IMG/VR virus record: IMGVR_UViG_3300033463_000014
Coordinates: 1-64,000 of that record
DNA length: 64,000 nucleotides
Direction: 5' to 3' (one strand)
Origin: a virus
Taxonomy: Duplodnaviria > Caudoviricetes
Positions 54,004 through 62,200 of the stretch are shown piece by piece (the first letter of the stretch is position 1; each line of letters begins with the position of its first letter). The notes below the pieces were generated by a model. It did no database searches, was not told the origin of the DNA, and saw only the letters and a program-made list of their open reading frames with translations. The position numbers and the translations under genes were made by a program.

Positions 54004-56106
54004 CTACACCCCCTTTATCTCGACAGGGTCGTTCGGGCCGATCTCGCCGCCCCTGTACGCCCTGATCGCGTCCGCCTTCGTCTCGAACACCCTGACCGGA
54101 CGCTTCGTCCTGCCCCTCGTAAGCGCCCACAGCCCGGATATCTGCTCCTTCTCGGGCTTGTACCTGACGGACTTCATGTCCGTAAGGCTGATGAGGTTCT
54201 CGGACGGGAGCATCTTCTCAAGGGACTGCTTTGCGGCCTTGTCGCTCGCCGGCACGTGGATGTTCACCGTGTTGCTGAGAACGACGCCGTCGTCTGAAAT
54301 GAACGTGTCGGGGCCTGGCACAGTAAGATCATACCCGATTTCCTCCTTGCCCGTCTTCTCGACGGACTTGATCTTGAGCCACGAAACCTTATATGACGCC
54401 GTCTCCGAAAGGGCCTTCATCTCGGCGCAATCCCTGAGTTCGGTGTCCGGGCTTCCGTACAGGGAAAACAGAGCCTTTATGTCCCCCAATTGTGACCATG
54501 TAAGGAATCCCTTCTTCCTCGCGATGTATATGTCGTTAACCGATTTCCTCACATCGGAGGACCATGTCGGAGCGATCCTTGGCTTCGAGGCGTTCCACCC
54601 GTCCGAGAGGGCTTTCAGCTCGTCGCCGCTCACGCTGACCTTCCACGACCTCCTGCTTCCGCCCGCGTCCTTCTCGAGCATCCCGGAGAACCTCGACTCG
54701 ATATCAGCAAGCACGGACAATCCATTATCCCTTGCGATTGTGTTCTTTTCGGCCATCTCGTTCCCAATGGCCTCGATATCGCGGACGGTATTCCTGGTTA
54801 TCGTTCCGATACACGCGCGATTCCTCACGTTCATGGCGACACTATTCACTTTTCTTCTCATCGCCATCTCGTCTTCTCCTGCGGATCCCTCGTCAGAACC
54901 CGAAACCTCGAAAGTCGGTATCAGACGCGATATCTTTTCCGCTATTCCGCGAGGGAACGGGATCACATCGTTCCTGACGTAGGTTGAGCGCGTGTCAACA
55001 TGGGAAGAGACGAAAATGTCCCTCTTTCTCGAATGGCAGCACATCGAGAGGAGATCCACGCGCTTCGCGTCAACTGTGCTTACTGAGCATATCCAAGAGT
55101 CGTTCCCTCCGGACGTGCGCTTGCTGTAGGAAATAGAAGACCCGACCCCGAGGAGCTGGCAGCACCTCCTGAACTCCCTGACGAGACGGATGGATGTGCT
55201 TGAGAACGATATCAGGAGCTGGGGCTTCTCTTTGCTGTGGCTCAGGCATACCGTCCCGTCCGTAGCGATAAGCCCGTTAACGAGACCAAGGATAAACTCC
55301 CTTCCAGCGAACTGGAACCAGACCGGAAGCCTCTTATTGGCTGACCCGGACGTTTTCTCGTCCCCATGCCCGTCGATGAGCTCCTTGATCCGTCCTCCGA
55401 GAATACTTCGTCTACCGGAGTTCAGCCTGTAAGCGGTCGTGTCCCCGTACCTACCGGACTCATCGCAGAACCTGTGCTCGATCTTCGATATCGTGAAGTC
55501 CGGGAAAACGGTCTTCAGGAAGTCTGATACGAAGGCGATGTTATATCCATCGTTGTCCGAGAGATATGGGTTTAGGCACCTGTCCGCCCATCCGTCTCCA
55601 GCCATGATTCCGACGAACTGTCCGAAACCGAACCCGATTTCAGTACACAGCCCTGACTTTTCCAGCTTGATCATCCCATCCTGAAAATCAAACGACAGGC
55701 CATCAACAGAGGAGGCTAGAGGACAGTCCGATACGGGGACGAGAACATTCTTGTCCATCGCATCGGACGGCGTGAACCTCCCCGGAGTCATTGAGTCTCC
55801 GTTGGCCGCGATGCCGTAGACTGCCCTCGGGTCGTTGTCCGTGATGATCTGCCTTCCGTCCTCAAGGTTTACGATCTCAACCTTCTTCCCCCGATGCACG
55901 GACCAGAATTTGACATCCCTGAACTCGGGGAGACCGGTCTTCTCGTTGTATGAGGAAACCCTCACGCCTTCCGGGACATCGTAGAACTCAATGTCGTATC
56001 CGGAATCCTTCCTCACTGACGAGAGCCCGCCATGGGGGAAGTCCTCGAGATCAACGACAACCGGGACACCTTCCATCTCAGCCACCACGCTCTTTTTGAT
56101 CTGCAT
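54004..56106 (-). CDS. C-terminal split-intein-like part with LAGLIDADG endonuclease, fused to the last 88 aa of the beta'-like RNAP segment (700 aa)
   Basis: FVGIMAGDG and LVNGLIATDG motifs; GYDLTVPG..F...GVVLSN followed by TVNIHVP, which continues NADFDGD. Confidence 0.8.
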   Translation of the reverse strand: MQIKKSVVAEMEGVPVVVDLEDFPHGGLSSVRKDSGYDIEFYDVPEGVRVSSYNEKTGLPEFRDVKFWSVHRGKKVEIVNLEDGRQIITDNDPRAVYGIAANGDSMTPGRFTPSDAMDKNVLVPVSDCPLASSVDGLSFDFQDGMIKLEKSGLCTEIGFGFGQFVGIMAGDGWADRCLNPYLSDNDGYNIAFVSDFLKTVFPDFTISKIEHRFCDESGRYGDTTAYRLNSGRRSILGGRIKELIDGHGDEKTSGSANKRLPVWFQFAGREFILGLVNGLIATDGTVCLSHSKEKPQLLISFSSTSIRLVREFRRCCQLLGVGSSISYSKRTSGGNDSWICSVSTVDAKRVDLLSMCCHSRKRDIFVSSHVDTRSTYVRNDVIPFPRGIAEKISRLIPTFEVSGSDEGSAGEDEMAMRRKVNSVAMNVRNRACIGTITRNTVRDIEAIGNEMAEKNTIARDNGLSVLADIESRFSGMLEKDAGGSRRSWKVSVSGDELKALSDGWNASKPRIAPTWSSDVRKSVNDIYIARKKGFLTWSQLGDIKALFSLYGSPDTELRDCAEMKALSETASYKVSWLKIKSVEKTGKEEIGYDLTVPGPDTFISDDGVVLSNTVNIHVPASDKAAKQSLEKMLPSENLISLTDMKSVRYKPEKEQISGLWALTRGRTKRPVRVFETKADAIRAYRGGEIGPNDPVEIKGV

Positions 56107-56242
56107 CTCCTAAACTCCTTTTCTGATTGGATGCGTGATAATTTATCAAAAACTTAAGATTGATGCAACCAATATCTTTGCTACTCAAAAAGTCGTCAAG
56201 AGCCTTGCCAGTAAGGCTGACGCGAACGCTTCCAATCTGCTG
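54271..56242 (-). mobile_element. Atypical split intein/homing-endonuclease element at the RNAP catalytic motif (IntN 56242-56081, IntC 56106-54271)
   Basis: Removing it restores NADFDGD-TVNIHVP, equivalent to NADFDGD-QMAVHVP of bacterial beta'. Confidence 0.75.
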
Positions 56243-59200
56243 GTCGCCGTCGAAGTCGGCGTTGAACGCGCCACAGACTAGAGGGCAGACGTTGATTGAG
56301 CGCCCTTTCACGATGTGAGGCTTGAAGGCCATGATGTTGAACTTGTGCCACGTCGGGGCCCTGTCCATGAGAACGGGCCGCTCCTCCATGACGTCGTCCA
56401 GTATGTGCCTCGCAGTGGCGTTTCTCTCGTCGATCATCTCCTTTGAGGCGACCGGGGAATAGCCGCGCTGGACGAGCTTGCGCTCTACGAAGGGTCTGAA
56501 TATTGTCCAGGCCATGTCCTCAGGGATCCCGATCTGGTCCATGCTGAGGTTGCCGTTCGGGGTGATGACGGAGCGTCCGACGAGGTCCTGGGTCTTCGAG
56601 ACGGTCTTTGCCTGGAACATCCCCATCTTCGGGACTGTCCCTATCACCTGCCTGACGGCGCCCTTGAGGTTCTTCGCGCGGCCCTCCTGCGTTACGGGGT
56701 CACCGAGCCCGTAGGCGGCCTTCACGGCCCCGTAGACGGCAAGGCGCTCGTCCGCGAGGGCGGAGGCGGGGAGCTCCCTGGAGAGGTCCTCGTAGTTGCG
56801 CTTCATCTCGATGAGCTCCTTGTAGAGCTCGTTCATGTCGGGCACGAGGGCTACGTCGCCCATCTTGGAGACCGGGCGGAACATGGGCGGGAGAACGGGA
56901 ACCCGCGAGATCATCCAGTCTGACGGAGAGATGCCCATCTTATTGGCGGACTTCAGGTATCCGAGGACCTTAACGGCGTTGTCCCGCTGCGCCCCGCGCC
57001 TGGTTAGAACCTCCGAGCGGGCCTTCTCGATGGCGCCGTCCACGTCGACCTTCGACAGGGCTTCCCTGAGGGCTTCCCCGCCCGTCTTGCCGTTCAGCTC
57101 CTCGCGTCCGGAGAGGACGGCCTCCATTTTCTTCGCCGTCAGTCCGAGGACGCGGCGTACGGGCTCCTCCATCATCGGGTTTGGGACGGGATCCGGGAGC
57201 GTGATCATGCTCCAGCGGTTTCCGCCCATCCCGCCCGTCTTTCCGAGGTCGAAGAGTCCTCCCCTTACGGGGTTCATGTCGGGGTCGACCATCTGCGAGG
57301 AGTCGATCACTCGGCCCTGGGCGAGCTCGTCGATGTCCTTGTCGGTCTGCGGCATGATGGATGTGACGTCTCCCTTCTCCACGACGTTCACGCCGCCGGC
57401 GCGGAGTGTGTTCAGGAACTTCTGGTAGATGAACGGCACTCCGGGCTCCTCGACGGGGAGCCCGAGGCGGTAGCGGCGCCAGTACTCGTCGTTGCGCGAG
57501 CCGCGCAGGGTTATGGAGTCCTTCAGGACGTCGGTCGCGCCGTGAGAGAGCAGGGCCGTCGCGTCAAAACCAGAATTTGAAACCAGGCAGTCAGAAGCAC
57601 AGTATTTGTGCGATTTCGCAACTGTAATGTCATACAGGCATATTTCGTCGTCTGGACCATGCTTGCCATCGCTGTACGGCCTCACAGATGTGACAAGCGC
57701 CGGGACGCTTCCAAGTGCGTAAGCAGTGTCTACACCTACGTACGTTTCATACAGCCTTGAAACTTCATTTATCAGCCACTTCTTAGAGGCTGGTATGTCT
57801 TCAGGCCTGATGTATTTGGCTACAATACGAGCCATACTGCGGCAGGCATCAGCAGACAACCCCAAGTAATAATACTCTTTTTTTACACCTTTGTAGGTTT
57901 TATGCGTCGTCCTGACAGTCACGCCAGCGCCAAGCCTCCCGCAAAGCCATTCGGCAAGCCTACAGTTCTCTTCATACGTAAAGTTCAATGTTGATATTGC
58001 CCCAAATGGGCTACCGGTCGGCACTCCATTCTTCGTGTGCTCAGATGCGCAGCCATCGTCAAGGAACCATGCGGCTATGCCGACATCATTTATGTTAGAC
58101 AGGTCGACGTTGACAAGGCTCTTACGACCGAGAGACCCGTCTGGCTGTCTATAGAACATGTTCTTGAGCCGTTCTGCTATGTCATGGCGGTGAATCTGAA
58201 AATACACAATATGCGAGTCGTCTCCATCAGCACGCCTAAATCCAGTCTTGCTCTTCCTCTGGGTGTTCTTTCTGCTTGACACCAGCGCTCCTAGGCAGTG
58301 TATCTTCCAGTTGACGTAGGCGTACTGATGGTGGCTGTGCTGCTCTTGGTAGAACGGTATACATCCGACGTCTAAGCTATTCGTCCTGTCAGACTTGCAT
58401 AGATTGTCGTTTATATTGCATATGCATCCATCGCCAAGCATAGAACCCATTAGAATGGACATCTGGTCCTCTGTAGGCACATACCCGTATGTCGTCAGCC
58501 AGTCACCAGGCCTTAAATCACCAGCAAGAACTTCACCTTTGTTGAAGGAGTACATGTGATGCTGACGTGTGACATGCATCGTCTTGCCTGTGTATACTAC
58601 TCGCTTACGGCTACAATTATCTGACCCTGGCAGATAGTTAATTGATATGGACAGAACCTCTGACATCTTCCCCTTGCGGCAGAACCAGTTCGTTATGAGA
58701 GAATAACCCCATGACCCGTTGTCGAAGCGGGTCCACACGTATTCGGGAATTTTCTTGTCTACGATATGACCTATGGATTCCTCTCCATGCAATACCCTGA
58801 TCGGCTGATCTGCGGTGAAACACATACGCTTAGCACCGTCATCGCCCCCCTTGGCCGGCTGCTCGTCCATCGTGTAGGCGCTGTCCACGCCGCGTGCCGA
58901 GAACTTCTTTTCGGCCAGGTGGTGGAACGCCTTGACGTACGCGTACCCGTCTCCGACGTTCTTGATGATCCTTCCCGTCTGCGGGTCGAACACGTCTGAC
59001 GACTCCTTGACGCCGTTCTCGTCCATCTGCCGTTTGACCCATGCGGTCCACCCCTCTTGCGGCGGCAGCTGAGGGATGCGGATCTGCTTCCCTGTCTTCT
59101 TGGCCACCTTGGCGAGGTTCATCAGGGCTATCTGGCCCGGGGCGACGCGGGAGAGGAAACCCATGGGGTTCATCAGCATGTCGTACGGCTCGTTCGTGGC

Positions 59201-62200
59201 CGCGTCGCGCGGCATCTTATCGTCCGGGATGACGTCCGAGACGACCCCCTTTAGAGAGAAATCGGGGCACAGCTTGTCGCCGGGCTTCACAGGAGGGTCG
59301 CTGTTGACGATCACCTTCGCGCCGTGCGGTCCCGACACGATGTCCGTGACGACTCCAGGCCAGTCGTGCTCCCACTTCTGTGATCTGTCCGTGATGGCGT
59401 TCCTCAGGACGCCGGAGAGCTTTCCGAGCTGTGCGTTCTCCGGTGACAGCATCTTGGGCCCGATGGCGAGGATCATGGGGTCGTCCCTGTGGAGCACGGT
59501 ACCGACCTTTACGACGCCGTCGTCCCCGATCGTGTCGGCCTGCGCCTTCGTGTAGGCCGACGGGAACGCCGCGAGGAACTTCGACCTGGCGATCTGCACG
59601 CCGTTCTTAGTGTCCTGCTCGAAGTTGTACGTGCGCGACGTGGCGAGCTTCTTCGCCGCGGATTCCGAGATCACGATGGCGTCCTCGAACGACGACGTGC
59701 CCTGCGGGGCGGGAAGCACGGCGACCTTCAGGTTCCGTCCCATGGTGACCGTTCCGGTCTTCGGGTCGGTGAAGTTGGAGTTGGCGAGGATTCCGCCCTC
59801 CTCCACCTCGTCTCCCTTTTTCACCTGGGCGGTGAACGAGAGGGAGGACAGGCGGTTGAACGGGAGGCCCTTGACGAGCGACGCGGTGTGCTCGCGGCCG
59901 TCCTTCCCGCGGAGGACGATCTCATTGTCGCTCACCTTCACTACGGTACCGGCGAACGGGGCCGTCAGGCATCCGACCCTCCGCCCGTAGTACTCGCCGT
60001 ACGTCGTTTTCCCGTCGTCGGTCAGGCTCTCGACAAGAGGAACCTCTCCCTCTTTCTGGGGGAGGAACTGCTCCCAGAACTTCGACATGTAGAACTGGCG
60101 GGCGCCCATGACGGCCGTTGGCATCGGGTTCATGTTGATGCCGGCAGACACGGTGTTGCCGAACCCAGGCACCATGAAGTCCACCTCGTCCCTGGGGACC
60201 ATCGTAGGCACGCCCTTGCGCATGACGTAGAGGTTGGGTGACTTCGGGTCCTGGCCCGGGAAGGCCACGGTGTGGGACGACGCGTCGTTCAGGGAGACGT
60301 AGCGGGTTTTACCGGTCCGCATGTCGATCATCTTGTTGTAGATCCGGTTGTCGCTCCCCTTCATCGTCCCGAGCGCCGCCCTGACGTCGATCCCGATGCC
60401 GAACGACTCAGGACCGCTGATGAAGTCCACGTAGCCCAGGTAGTCACCCTGGACGTTGCGGGCCTCGTTGGTCACGAGGTCGGGCGAGGAGATGCCGCCC
60501 TCCCCAAGGCGGGTGATGCGGGACTGCTGGGTGAGGAGCGACATCGGGTTCGCCTCCTCTCCTGGCATCGCGAGTCCGGACCCCGAGAGAAAGGTGTCGA
60601 GATAGGGCCCGAGCGCGTTCCTGGCTATGCGGGCCAGCGAGCGGTCCCGCTTCGCCCTGAACAGGAGGGACTTCGTGAGGCGTCCAGAGTCGCGGTCGAT
60701 GCGCTCGCGCATCATGTCCTCCACCCCGTAGAACCGGCTGAAGCGGGGGTTGTCGCGCTCGTCCGGCTCCTCAGCGCCCCTGTTGATGTTCAGGAGCTTC
60801 TGCGCGGCCCTGAGCATGACCTTCCCGGTCACTCCAGAGGCGTTCTCAAGCCCGAGCGTCCGGACGACGACGTCTGGGTCGAGCCCGCTGGAGGCAAGCG
60901 ACTCGGAGATGAACGAGGCCTTCTCGGACGGGGTCAGGCTCATGTCGGCCCGGCGGCCGGCGTAGCGCGCGTAGACCTTGTCGACGGCCCTAGGGTCGAA
61001 CTTGGCGATGTTCACGTTCGCAACGGCGTCTCCCCAGGACTTCCGCATGTCGTCATCCGACACGCCGAGGGCGCTCAAAATGGGGTAAAGGGGGACATGG
61101 CCCTGTCCGACGCTCATGTTCAGTGCGCCGGTCGACCTGTCCAGTCCGATCCGGAAGCCGAGCCCGTTCGCCACGTTGAACTGGGACTCGAGCTCGCCGT
61201 TCTGCTTGCGGCGCACGTAGACCCCGGGGGACAGGCGGGCCTGAGAGATGACGGTGTACTCGCTCCCGTTATTGATGATCGTTCCCCTGTCGGTGTAGTA
61301 AGGTACCCTGATGACGCCGTCCCTTCGCTCGTCCAGGACTTTCCCGGTGCGCTTGTCCGTCAGGCGCCACGTCCCGGCGACAGAGCATCCGAGGCGCCTG
61401 TTGTTCAGGATGGCCCTCTTCTGCTGCTCAAGCGTGTAGGAGGTAGGACCCTCGTATTTAACGTCCAGAAGCTCGAGGCGCACGTCGTCGTTCTCGATCG
61501 GGAAGCGGTTCTTGACGGCTTCAAGGACGTTGTCCATGATGGCCTGCCGAGTGGCCGGCGCGTCCGTGAACCCGCGTAGCCTCACGCCCGGAGGCACGCC
61601 CTCCATGGGATCGTCGGCGTCGTCCGCCTGGGAAGTCTTGACTATGCTCTTCTCTTTCTTATATCCGGAAGCAGTCTCCTCGTCGTCAAGATTCTTCTGA
61701 GCCTCTTCCCGAGTGTTGAACACCTTCCCGGGATGGTCTCCGAACCCGCCGTACATGGCGAGTCCGGTGGTCTTAAACCTTCCCCCTTCTTCGATGTCTG
61801 GGGAATCTAGCCAGCAGCAGTAGTAATCCTTTCCGTTGGACCGCTTCCCGCCGTAATAGTATCCTACGATCTTACGTACCTTTCCACTCATCCTCGCGTG
61901 AGGGAAGGTTACCCATTTCCCGATAGGAAATTTTTCCTTCATTTCCGCGGGGATATCATCCTCCTCATGACGATCTTGCGATGTCTTGACGATGCTCTTT
62001 TTTTCGGCTGGATCTGATTTGGCGGCAGGGGCCTTGTCCGCGGGAGCCTGTTTTTCGGTCTTGGCTGGATTCGAGGCCTCCTGGTTCAGGACCCAGACGT
62101 CACCGTTCCTCCTGAGCCTCTTCATGAAGTCGCTGTGGAGCTTCGCCGACTTCGCGACGGCCGCCTCGCTGTAGCTCCTGTTCCCGGGTATCGTGTGGGC

